A stretch of DNA of 56,778 bases from a virus. The stretch lies in the IMG/VR virus record IMGVR_UViG_3300006188_000003; one strand, 5' to 3'. A program made the position numbers and the translations under genes. Each line of letters starts with the position of its first letter. The first letter of the stretch is position 1. Shown in pieces: positions 24,546-32,505 of the stretch. The notes under the pieces were generated by a model. The model did not search any database, was not told the DNA's origin, and saw only the letters and a program-made list of their open reading frames with translations.

Positions 24546-25584
24546 GGCCCGCCACTTGCGCAACATTGCCAGCTTCAATCGGCGGATCCGCGCGATATAC
24601 GAAGGTGCCATCAACCAGCTGGTGCTGATCGCAGCTACACTGCCATATAACGGCCAGACAATTGCCCTCACGGATTACCCCGCCTTAAAAAACCGGATCG
24701 ATAAGGTTATCCAGGACATGCACGCCAGTATCTATTCCACTGTTGTCAACGGAATCGAGACCGGCTGGTCGCTGGCCAACGAAAAGAACGATATCCTTGT
24801 CGACCGTCGCCTGGCAGGAAGGAAGCCAACGGAAACAGCAAAGCAGATCCTTTACGACCCTAACGCGGATGGGTTGAAGCAGTTCATCGAGCGGAAGGAG
24901 CGGGGGCTGAACCTTTCTCAGCGAGTCTACAACACGCTTGATCTTTTCGGTCCAGAGCTGGAGCGGGGACTGCTACTTGGCATCGCAGATGGGGACAGTG
25001 CCTCGACAATGGCCACAGAAATGAAGTCTTTCCTCAAATACCCGGATAAGCTCTTCCGCAGGGTGCGGGATGCAGAAGGCAAGCTCCGGCTATCCAGGCC
25101 CGCTCGAAACTTCCACCCTGGCCAGGGAGTATATAGATCCAGCTACAAGAATGCCCTACGGCTGACCGGTACTGAGACAAATATCGCATACCGTAGGTCT
25201 GACAGCACCCGGTGGGGACAGCTACCTTTTGTCGTGGGTATTGATATCCATACGTCCGCCAACCATCCGAAGTACGATATGTGCGACGAGTTGAGGGGAG
25301 CTTACCCCAAGGACTTCGTCTTTACCGGCTGGCACCCACAATGCATATGCTACCAGACACCAAGGATGCTTACAGATGCAGAGTATAGTAGGTACGAGGA
25401 CCAGATACTGGGTATAGGTAGTTTCCTTGGTGGTGGTGTCAACCAGATAGAGGAAGTACCGAAGGGATTTACTGATTTTCTGGAGAAGAATGCGAAGCGA
25501 ATTTCGGGCTGGAAGTCTACTCCCTACTGGATTGCGGATAATTACGCATACACGTCACGCTTTTTTGAAGGGCCGCAAATATAG
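24520..25584 (+). CDS. Minor head / head-morphogenesis protein (Mu F / SPP1 gp7-like)
   Basis: Sits after the portal. The C-terminal GWHPQCICYQ resembles the conserved HPNCRC motif of this family. Confidence 0.6.
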   Translation: MPTLDQQYEARHLRNIASFNRRIRAIYEGAINQLVLIAATLPYNGQTIALTDYPALKNRIDKVIQDMHASIYSTVVNGIETGWSLANEKNDILVDRRLAGRKPTETAKQILYDPNADGLKQFIERKERGLNLSQRVYNTLDLFGPELERGLLLGIADGDSASTMATEMKSFLKYPDKLFRRVRDAEGKLRLSRPARNFHPGQGVYRSSYKNALRLTGTETNIAYRRSDSTRWGQLPFVVGIDIHTSANHPKYDMCDELRGAYPKDFVFTGWHPQCICYQTPRMLTDAEYSRYEDQILGIGSFLGGGVNQIEEVPKGFTDFLEKNAKRISGWKSTPYWIADNYAYTSRFFEGPQI

Positions 25585-25974
25585 GTGTATAACTGCTAAA
25601 AAAAAATTAGTATTTCCCCTGTCAAATTTGGAATTTTTCTTTGATGAGATAATGAAAAGACGGTATCTTGCACCATAGCTCTTTTACACGAGAAACCCCC
25701 AGCTGCTAACTGAGGGCTTAATGACCTTTGGTCAAGGCGATTGATTTCACGCACAAGATAAGGTGCCACGTCCTTCCAACCAAAGATTATTTTCTCACAC
25801 TGATTATCGAGTAGTTTCCGAAGGATTTGCCGACCGTAAAAATACGGTGCGACAAATCACAAGGATTCTATATATTTGCAACGACATTGCCAAGATTGCA
25901 GTACTAGCTGATCCCCTGATTCATGTGGTTAAATTAGTGAAAACAGAAAGGAACTAGCAAGGTACTAAATGAAT

Positions 25975-26001
25975 AAAGCCCGGGTTGCAAACCGGGCTTT
26001 T
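25975..26001 (+). terminator. Intrinsic terminator (bidirectional type)
   Basis: AAAGCCCGG 25975-25983 pairs with CCGGGCTTT 25992-26000 across an 8-nt loop, followed by T-rich sequence. Confidence 0.7.
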
Positions 26002-26083
26002 AGTTTGTGTATTATCACAAGCGGGTTAAGAGCAGCGACCTTAAAGTGCTGATCAAAAATCGGTTAGTATGATTTTTTGCGCA

Positions 26084-26236
26084 ATGTCAAAAGCAAAATC
26101 TAACCCTGAACCTCCTTGCCGTTGCACAGACGGCATAGTGTATACCCCCTGGATCACCAGGAATGGGAAAAGGGTATACAAGAAGGGAGGAGGCGTATTC
26201 GCCTTCCGCTGCACGAGATGCAGCAACAACATCTAA
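26084..26236 (+). CDS. Zinc-ribbon micro-protein (50 aa)
   Basis: MSKAKSNPEPPCRCTDGIVYTPWITRNGKRVYKKGGGVFAFRCTRCSNNI has a CxC...CxxC pattern. Below the track cutoff. Followed by a strong terminator. Confidence 0.4.
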   Translation: MSKAKSNPEPPCRCTDGIVYTPWITRNGKRVYKKGGGVFAFRCTRCSNNI

Positions 26237-26336
26237 GCTGGTCTGATTCATAGCATTCAGAAAATTCGGACCGCTAAGTCCAATTGATGACCTTCTAAAG
26301 GTCATTTCCCCGGCCCTTGTTGCCGGAAGTTCAAAC

Positions 26337-26370
26337 GACCAGGTGGGGCGGAATCCCATCTGGTCTTTTT
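26337..26370 (+). terminator. Strong intrinsic terminator
   Basis: 11-bp stem GACCAGGTGGG / CCCATCTGGTC with a 7-nt loop, followed by TTTTT (26366-26370). Confidence 0.8.
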
Positions 26371-26531
26371 ATTGAACGAAAAACTTTCGCGTTTCGTAAA
26401 ATGTTTCGAACAAATATGCGGAAAAATTCTCACATTGATAGAAATTTTGGCTGATTTGACCTAAAGTTGACCTGTTGTGAGCATCTTATTTCGAGCAATT
26501 GCATTCTAAATTCTAATATAAATAGTTAATT

Positions 26532-26738
26532 ATGAGCAAGATACTTTCTTACGAACTTATTGATACGCCAAGCTTGGGTGAATTGAACCAGTTTGTCCAA
26601 AAAAGACTGAATGAAGGTTTGCAGCCTATCGGCAATCCCTCTGCATATTTCATCCCTGACGTAATGGATAAAGATGGAAACATCATCAGGCCTGGGACTA
26701 CAAGATATGTCCAAGCAATCGGCAAGTATCAAGACTAG
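26532..26738 (+). CDS. Small protein, DUF1737-like
   Basis: 68 aa. SLGELNQFVQKRLNEGLQPIGNP resembles the DUF1737 core (weak, from memory). Confidence 0.55.
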   Translation: MSKILSYELIDTPSLGELNQFVQKRLNEGLQPIGNPSAYFIPDVMDKDGNIIRPGTTRYVQAIGKYQD

Positions 26739-27007
26739 CCAGCTTTTGACGATAATATTTCTGTGAACACCCACTGCTCTGCCAGCCAGGTGAACACCAC
26801 GAAGAATACTTTTCCTCCCAGGTCACCATCCCGGTAAGGTACTTCGCAGATAGAATCTTCCTTCCTGCCGCGCCACGGCAGGTAAGTTCTGCATGCCTCG
26901 ACGAGCTCCTCCTCGTTAAACGGCCCCTTTCTTACCAGCATAAGTGAAACAATTGAAGATGTTGCAAATATAGCCCGGATGGGTTTGATGCAGCCTTCTA
27001 ATTTCAT
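26735..27007 (-). CDS. Hypothetical protein (90 aa), antisense to the head operon
   Basis: ATG 27007. Fills a stretch of about 240 bp with no plus-strand ORF. Convergent with 26532..26738. Confidence 0.45.
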   Translation of the reverse strand: MKLEGCIKPIRAIFATSSIVSLMLVRKGPFNEEELVEACRTYLPWRGRKEDSICEVPYRDGDLGGKVFFVVFTWLAEQWVFTEILSSKAG

Positions 27008-27041
27008 GCTTCGAAACATTTTATCACAATCCCGACACGAC

Positions 27042-27695
27042 ATGCGCGACAAGATTCTGGCACAACTTATTACCAAATATCCAGGGGTGCCAAAGAAAAT
27101 TTTGGGGCTGGTGGCCGACAAGTTGGCTACAACAGCAACGGAAGAATCGCAGATCCAGGGGGCTATCGCCGGACTGGACAATCTGCCCATCACTATCACC
27201 GAATTTGCTCATATCCTCCAGCAGGATGGCGATGCCAGGGTAACCGAGGCGCTCAAGAAGGCCAAAACCAAGAAAGAGCCCACCGGGGACAATGACACCG
27301 ATTCTGATGAGGAGCCGGCTAAGGACGGTAATGCTGCCCTCGCTAAACAAATAGCTGATCTAACCAAATTGGTCCAGACCGTTGTCCATAAAGACACACA
27401 AAAGACCCTGACAGATCAGCTGCATGCAAAGCTCTCCGAGAAGAAGATCCCTTTACACATGGCCAAAGGCCGTGTTATCGAAAAAGCTGAGGATCTGGAC
27501 TCGGTTGTAACTGACATCGAGACAAATTTCAACGAGCTGAAACAGGAATTGGCTAACCAAGGATTCACCAGCACGTCAACGCCAACTGGCGGGGGGCCAG
27601 CTGAGCAGAAAGGGGGGGCCAAAGCTGTAGACGCCGACATTGAGGGATGGGCGAAAGGCGGAAAGCCGCAGGCAGCGGCGGGAGCAACCACTTAA
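27042..27695 (+). CDS. Scaffolding protein
   Basis: ATG 27042 (MRDKILAQL...). Helical, charged and low-complexity (KKAKTKKEPTGDNDTDSDEE). Upstream of the capsid gene. Confidence 0.6.
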   Translation: MRDKILAQLITKYPGVPKKILGLVADKLATTATEESQIQGAIAGLDNLPITITEFAHILQQDGDARVTEALKKAKTKKEPTGDNDTDSDEEPAKDGNAALAKQIADLTKLVQTVVHKDTQKTLTDQLHAKLSEKKIPLHMAKGRVIEKAEDLDSVVTDIETNFNELKQELANQGFTSTSTPTGGGPAEQKGGAKAVDADIEGWAKGGKPQAAAGATT

Positions 27696-27713
27696 CATCA
27701 AAATTTTTTCACT

Positions 27714-28295
27714 ATGATTGGACCTAAGAAAGTCTCAGCCAGTGCACCTATACCTATCTGGCAGCGCGTCCACGAGAACGCGCAGGGAGGCTTTACCCTC
27801 GATAAAACCGGCCTGGTCGACGGTCAGCTGATCCCAGGCGGTTCGCCCTTCGGTTACAATGAAGCCACCCGACTCGCCCGGGTGATCAAACAGGCGACGA
27901 TGGCTCAGGATGCTGGCGCCGCCGACCTTGACTACTATGTCAAAAAAGACCATAATCTTGCTGTTGGCGAAATTTACTCTCCTGCCATCGGGGGGAAGGC
28001 ATACGCCATCACGGCAATCGACACAAGCGACCCTGCAAAAGATAAGATCTCCTTTGGGACAACCTTGGGGGCGGTTCTTGCGGGCGCCGTTATCTTCCAG
28101 TCATCCGCAACCGGTGCCACAGCTGGCGCATTCATTGTTACCCCCCGTGGTCTGCTTTACGCAGATGTCTACGTGGAGACGAACAAAGAGGTGACTATAA
28201 CCATCCGCGGTACAGTGTATGAGCGCCGCATTCCTGGCACCCATGGATCTATAAAGGCCGCCATTCCCAACATCATTTATTCACAATCTTACTAA
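27714..28295 (+). CDS. Capsid-associated protein (possible decoration or auxiliary head protein)
   Basis: 193 aa, between the scaffold and the major capsid protein, analogous to the lambda D-E order. Confidence 0.4.
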   Translation: MIGPKKVSASAPIPIWQRVHENAQGGFTLDKTGLVDGQLIPGGSPFGYNEATRLARVIKQATMAQDAGAADLDYYVKKDHNLAVGEIYSPAIGGKAYAITAIDTSDPAKDKISFGTTLGAVLAGAVIFQSSATGATAGAFIVTPRGLLYADVYVETNKEVTITIRGTVYERRIPGTHGSIKAAIPNIIYSQSY

Positions 28296-28319
28296 AACCC
28301 CGAATAAGGAGGAATTACT

Positions 28320-29408
28320 ATGGCAACCATTAAATCTATTTTCGGGGTTTATGCGGAGCGTCTCCAACTGGTCATTGATCGAAGCCTGGATACGTTTGCC
28401 CCTGTTAACTTCACCAGCTTTATGGACTGGGGCACACCCTCGCCTAATCTCACTTTCGAGAGTGCGATTGGGAGAAGCCGCATTGAGGCAGCCGCCTCCA
28501 TCGCCGACAGGAGCTCTCCCGCGCCCCTGCGTAGCCGGCAAGCGCTGGACAAATTGAGCGGGCAGGTACCGGCCATCAAAGAGAAAATTGCGATGGACGA
28601 AACCTCTTTCCGCAATTACCTGACTGTCCAGCAAATGCAGGTATCCGATGAGGTGAAGAAAAAGCAGCTCCTGGATCTTCTCTTTGGCGATGTTCAGCTC
28701 GTCGGCAATTCGGCCATGAAAAGGCTCGACTTCATGTTCATGCAAGGTCTTTCCACAGGAAAGATCAGCATCTCAGTTACCAACAACCCGGATGCACTGG
28801 TAGCATCCTCTGATATCGACCTGCTCCTGAGCGACAGTAACCGGCAAAATTCCAGCGTAACATGGGATGCGGCCGATAAGACCACTACGAAGCCGATAAC
28901 GGATATCGCTGCTGTCGTGGAAGATGCTGCCAACAGGGGGATTGTCTTCGACAAGATCCTAATGACGCGCGTCACCTGGTTGAACTTCATCAAGTCCAAG
29001 GAGGTGATCGACAGCCTGAACGGGTTCCAGCGCGTAGCAAAGGGCACTATCACCCCGACGCTTGCCCAGGTGAATGATTTCCTGGCCAGCAACCTGTATC
29101 CCACCATCCAGATCGTCAGCCAGAACAAGATCGGTATTGAGAAGGACGGCAAGATCAATATTCAGCAGCCCTTTATCGATGCGTCGGCTGTGTTCATCCC
29201 TGCCGGCAAGCTCGGCGAGATCAAACTGGCCATGGCGATCGAGGAAATGAAGCCCGTACCGCAGCTGTCGTACGCGAAGTACAACAATGCCCTGATCAGC
29301 AAGTGGGCGAACAACGATCCCTGGATGGAGTTCACAGCTGTAGAGCTGAACGCCTTCCCGTCGTTCGACGCCATCGATCAGATCTATATCCTGACGGTGA
29401 ACCATTAA
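28320..29408 (+). CDS. Major capsid protein (lambda gpE-like)
   Basis: 362 aa. Called from position, size and the N-terminal pattern MATIKSIFGVYAERLQLVIDRSLDTFAPVNF. Confidence 0.7.
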   Translation: MATIKSIFGVYAERLQLVIDRSLDTFAPVNFTSFMDWGTPSPNLTFESAIGRSRIEAAASIADRSSPAPLRSRQALDKLSGQVPAIKEKIAMDETSFRNYLTVQQMQVSDEVKKKQLLDLLFGDVQLVGNSAMKRLDFMFMQGLSTGKISISVTNNPDALVASSDIDLLLSDSNRQNSSVTWDAADKTTTKPITDIAAVVEDAANRGIVFDKILMTRVTWLNFIKSKEVIDSLNGFQRVAKGTITPTLAQVNDFLASNLYPTIQIVSQNKIGIEKDGKINIQQPFIDASAVFIPAGKLGEIKLAMAIEEMKPVPQLSYAKYNNALISKWANNDPWMEFTAVELNAFPSFDAIDQIYILTVNH

Positions 29409-29419
29409 AAGTTCTTTGA

Positions 29420-29734
29420 GTGACTAAGAAAGAAGCTCTTATAGCCACCTGTCAAGCGTCCGTTCCGGACGGTTCCCTGGAGCTCTCCCTGATCAACCGG
29501 GGGCTGACCGGGACGGACGCTTATTCGGCAGCAGATCAGCAAGCCGTCGAGCTATGTGCTATCGATGTGCTGAATGGCCTGCTGTCAACCCCGGATATAT
29601 CAGAAGGCGGCTATTCAATACGCTTTGACCGTGCAGCTGTCCAAAAGCGGGTGCTCTTCCTGGCCCAGCGTAACAATGTTAGGGCCATCACTGATGCACA
29701 GATGCCGAAGGTAAGGGGGGCCAGTCCATGGTAA
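29420..29734 (+). CDS. Head-tail connector / head completion protein
   Basis: 104-aa ORF with a GTG start, directly after the capsid gene. Confidence 0.5.
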   Translation: MTKKEALIATCQASVPDGSLELSLINRGLTGTDAYSAADQQAVELCAIDVLNGLLSTPDISEGGYSIRFDRAAVQKRVLFLAQRNNVRAITDAQMPKVRGASPW

Positions 29735-30297
29735 GGCAGGTTACCATCATTATCACGCCTGACATGGTTGATCTTACCCAAATCAACCTTTCTCAGTTCT
29801 CGGGTTACGATATTGATGTGGCCAGGTCCGGGTTTCCCCTGGCTGAAGCTATAGAGTACCAAAATCTTCCTTCCGGTGGATTCAAGCTCATAAACGGCTC
29901 CAAGTTCATCCTGAACGAACGGTACACCGTTACTCCGCTACCAAAACAGATCGCGCAGGACCCGACGTCTACCTATCCGATATCCCAGTATCCTCATACG
30001 CTGACGCTGACCTCCATCAGTGACTCCGTGCAGGATGGGAACGGGAATTGGATGCAGGGCGCGGTCACCGTGAGCGAACGAGCATGCCGAGCCGAACCAT
30101 CAAGTAGTGGCCGGTACCTGGTGGGCAGCGATGGTGATAAGATCTACTATGATTTCGTCATCTACATGCCCCTGCCAGCTGGAACGATTGGTGCGGGAAC
30201 GAAGGCGGAGATAACGAACCAGGATCTGGAATTCCTTGCAAAAGGGACCATTAAACGGTTCAATCGAGGACAGCTAAACGCACGGGCATGGCTTTGA
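29728..30297 (+). CDS. Head-tail joining protein, hypothetical
   Basis: 189 aa, in overlapping gene chain with its neighbours. Confidence 0.5.
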   Translation: MVRQVTIIITPDMVDLTQINLSQFSGYDIDVARSGFPLAEAIEYQNLPSGGFKLINGSKFILNERYTVTPLPKQIAQDPTSTYPISQYPHTLTLTSISDSVQDGNGNWMQGAVTVSERACRAEPSSSGRYLVGSDGDKIYYDFVIYMPLPAGTIGAGTKAEITNQDLEFLAKGTIKRFNRGQLNARAWL

Positions 30298-30827
30298 GCA
30301 TCACACCGAAGTTCACGCGAGAGCAGCTTAGAGAGATTATTAAGACCAGGATGGACAAGATCGAAATGGCCGCTATCTCCCGGCTCCAATTCGTGGGTGA
30401 GAAGTTCGTCACGAATGCCCGCAACAACGGAGCCTATAAGGATCGAACGGGCAACCTCCGTAGCTCTGTAGGTTACGTGATCATGAAAGACGGGGTACAG
30501 ATTGCGGCAAACTGGAAGGTTTTCCCAGCCGTTGACCAAAAGGCGAAGAATGCTGGTATCGGTGTAGAGAAGGGACAGGAGGCAATTGACGAGATCGCCA
30601 AAGAGCTGACGGCAAAGTACCCCAAAGGCCTGATCTTAATTGGCGTGGCTGGCATGGACTATGCCGCAGCGGTGGAAGCGGGCAATTACCGGGCTGGTTA
30701 TGAAGGTGGCACCTATGTAGTGGATGGACCTGGTCGGGACGTGATCACTGCCTCCAGTATTCAGGCAGCCGCCGACCTGAAGAAAGGCTTCGAAGAGTTA
30801 CAATCCAAAATTGCCCAAATGAAATGA
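30288..30827 (+). CDS. HK97 gp10-like tail-head adaptor
   Basis: NNGAYKDRTGNLRSSVGY resembles the DxTGxLRxSI signature of the HK97 gp10 family. Confidence 0.55.
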   Translation: MALSITPKFTREQLREIIKTRMDKIEMAAISRLQFVGEKFVTNARNNGAYKDRTGNLRSSVGYVIMKDGVQIAANWKVFPAVDQKAKNAGIGVEKGQEAIDEIAKELTAKYPKGLILIGVAGMDYAAAVEAGNYRAGYEGGTYVVDGPGRDVITASSIQAAADLKKGFEELQSKIAQMK

Positions 30828-31231
30828 GGACAACACTCGACCTGGTAGACATTATTTGGCAGACACTGACCGGCTCTCCTGTTAGGGATACCATCACGGG
30901 CGCCATCTATAAACATATACGTCCTGTGAATAGCAGCAAGGAGGATGTAGTCATCAGCTCCCTCCCAATTGTGAACCTGGATCTATCGCAGGCGGTGGCA
31001 ATGGTCAATGTCTTTGTGCCGAATAAGACGCAAAACTTAAATGGCGCCCAGGACAATTCTCAGCCGGATGGGGCTCGCCTGAAAACGCTTACGGATCTGG
31101 CTATATCAGCACTCAGAGATCAATGGGGAGAGGACTACAATTTCGATGTACAACAATCGGTACTTATCCGGGATGAAATAACCGCGAGCTGGTACTACAA
31201 CATACGTTTAAATTTTTATTCGCTCACTTAA
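30824..31231 (+). CDS. Tail completion / tail terminator-like protein
   Basis: 135 aa, with an ATGA overlap upstream, immediately before the tail tube gene. Confidence 0.5.
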   Translation: MRTTLDLVDIIWQTLTGSPVRDTITGAIYKHIRPVNSSKEDVVISSLPIVNLDLSQAVAMVNVFVPNKTQNLNGAQDNSQPDGARLKTLTDLAISALRDQWGEDYNFDVQQSVLIRDEITASWYYNIRLNFYSLT

Positions 31232-31243
31232 AAATAATTTCTC

Positions 31244-31768
31244 ATGTCAACGAAATACGGCCTTGGCCTGGTTTCAATCGAATTTGCTGCCGTTGCTGGC
31301 GACGGTGGTCCCGGTAATGCCTTTACGGCCCTGGGAAATACTGTAAAGGGCTCTGCCCAGCTCACCACAGCGGATGGTACTACCACTGACTTTAATATCG
31401 AGGAGCAGGATGATCCTGTCGAAACGGTGCAGTCTACGAAAGGAAAGACTACCTTGGCCTTCTCCTGCTATGATGTGCAGGGACCCACGCTGGTAAAGTT
31501 CTTTGGCGGTACTTACACACCATACGCTGCGGGTCCTCCCGTTGTCCCTGAAAGCTATTCGCCGCCTGCCACCGTTCCAACAATTGAGAAGACGGTCCGG
31601 GTGACGGATAAAAAGGGCAACATCCTCACCATCTGTCGGGGGAGCGTAAAGGCGAAATTTAGCTGGTCCTTCACGGGTGACAAACTCGCCCAGGTGGATG
31701 TGACCGTGGATATCCTGACGCCTACAAAAGCCAATACGCCGGCCTATACCATTGTGTACCCTCAATAA
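31244..31768 (+). CDS. Major tail (tube) protein
   Basis: 174 aa, beta-rich, positioned before the chaperone and tape measure. Confidence 0.6.
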   Translation: MSTKYGLGLVSIEFAAVAGDGGPGNAFTALGNTVKGSAQLTTADGTTTDFNIEEQDDPVETVQSTKGKTTLAFSCYDVQGPTLVKFFGGTYTPYAAGPPVVPESYSPPATVPTIEKTVRVTDKKGNILTICRGSVKAKFSWSFTGDKLAQVDVTVDILTPTKANTPAYTIVYPQ

Positions 31769-31822
31769 CCATCTAACCTGTTCTATTCACCGGGCCCGTA
31801 ACAGGGCCCTTTTTGTATAAGT

Positions 31823-32341
31823 ATGAACAATTCCGAAAAAGATCTGCTGCACAACGTTGGGAAAACCCTGCTGCAGGAGCCAGTGATCCTGGAGGTGGGT
31901 GTTCATCCACGACATATGGTACACAGAGTGCTGCAAAAATGTATGCTGGCGCCAACAAAACGGTGTCTTCCGATCCGGCCCATCACCCTGGGCAACCTGG
32001 TGCGGATCTCCCGCCTGCTGCTCGAAATGGGGGCGCCCACTATCGACAAAGACAATCTGCTGGAGGGTAATTACCAGCTGATAGCCGACAATGGGATGCG
32101 GGTGGCCAGGATCATAGCCATTGCGGTGCACAATCAGCGCAGTGAGCCGTCTGACCGCCTGGTGCACTTTATTCGTGATCATTTCACCAGCCGTGAGCTG
32201 GCACTGGCGGGCGGCCTGGTACTGAAACAGATGGATCTACAGTCTTTCATGAATACTATCATCTCTGTCAAGAAGATGACGGTGATGAGCCCGAGAGATC
32301 AGGGGAGTTCAATAGCCTCTGGGCAACCGTTGGAGGAGTGA
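31823..32341 (+). CDS. Tail assembly chaperone (gpG-like)
   Basis: 172 aa, directly upstream of the tape measure. Confidence 0.55.
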   Translation: MNNSEKDLLHNVGKTLLQEPVILEVGVHPRHMVHRVLQKCMLAPTKRCLPIRPITLGNLVRISRLLLEMGAPTIDKDNLLEGNYQLIADNGMRVARIIAIAVHNQRSEPSDRLVHFIRDHFTSRELALAGGLVLKQMDLQSFMNTIISVKKMTVMSPRDQGSSIASGQPLEE

Positions 32342-32361
32342 TCAAGTACTTCCGGTTTACC

Positions 32362-32505
32362 ATGGAGTTCGCCCTCTGGGAGATCAGCCATGCGAACCTG
32401 ATCATGCTGATGGCCGCCATTCCTAAATACAAGAAGAAGGGGGAAGAGAAGAAGGAGCTGGACGGTCTCGACGAAATGGACGACATCCTTAAAAACATAC
32501 TGTAA
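32362..32505 (+). CDS. Small ORF in the -1 frame (gpT-like extension or independent 47-aa protein)
   Basis: The -1 frame is open from 32197 to the TAA at 32503-32505, which overlaps the tape-measure ATG. Confidence 0.35.
   Translation: MEFALWEISHANLIMLMAAIPKYKKKGEEKKELDGLDEMDDILKNIL

Noticed and set aside
25763-25957. 64-aa GTG-initiated ORF in the head-module island
   Set aside because: It has no ATG and no recognisable motif. It lies in a transcript-like unit bounded by a promoter-like sequence and a terminator. I left it uncalled because the unit may be a non-coding RNA.
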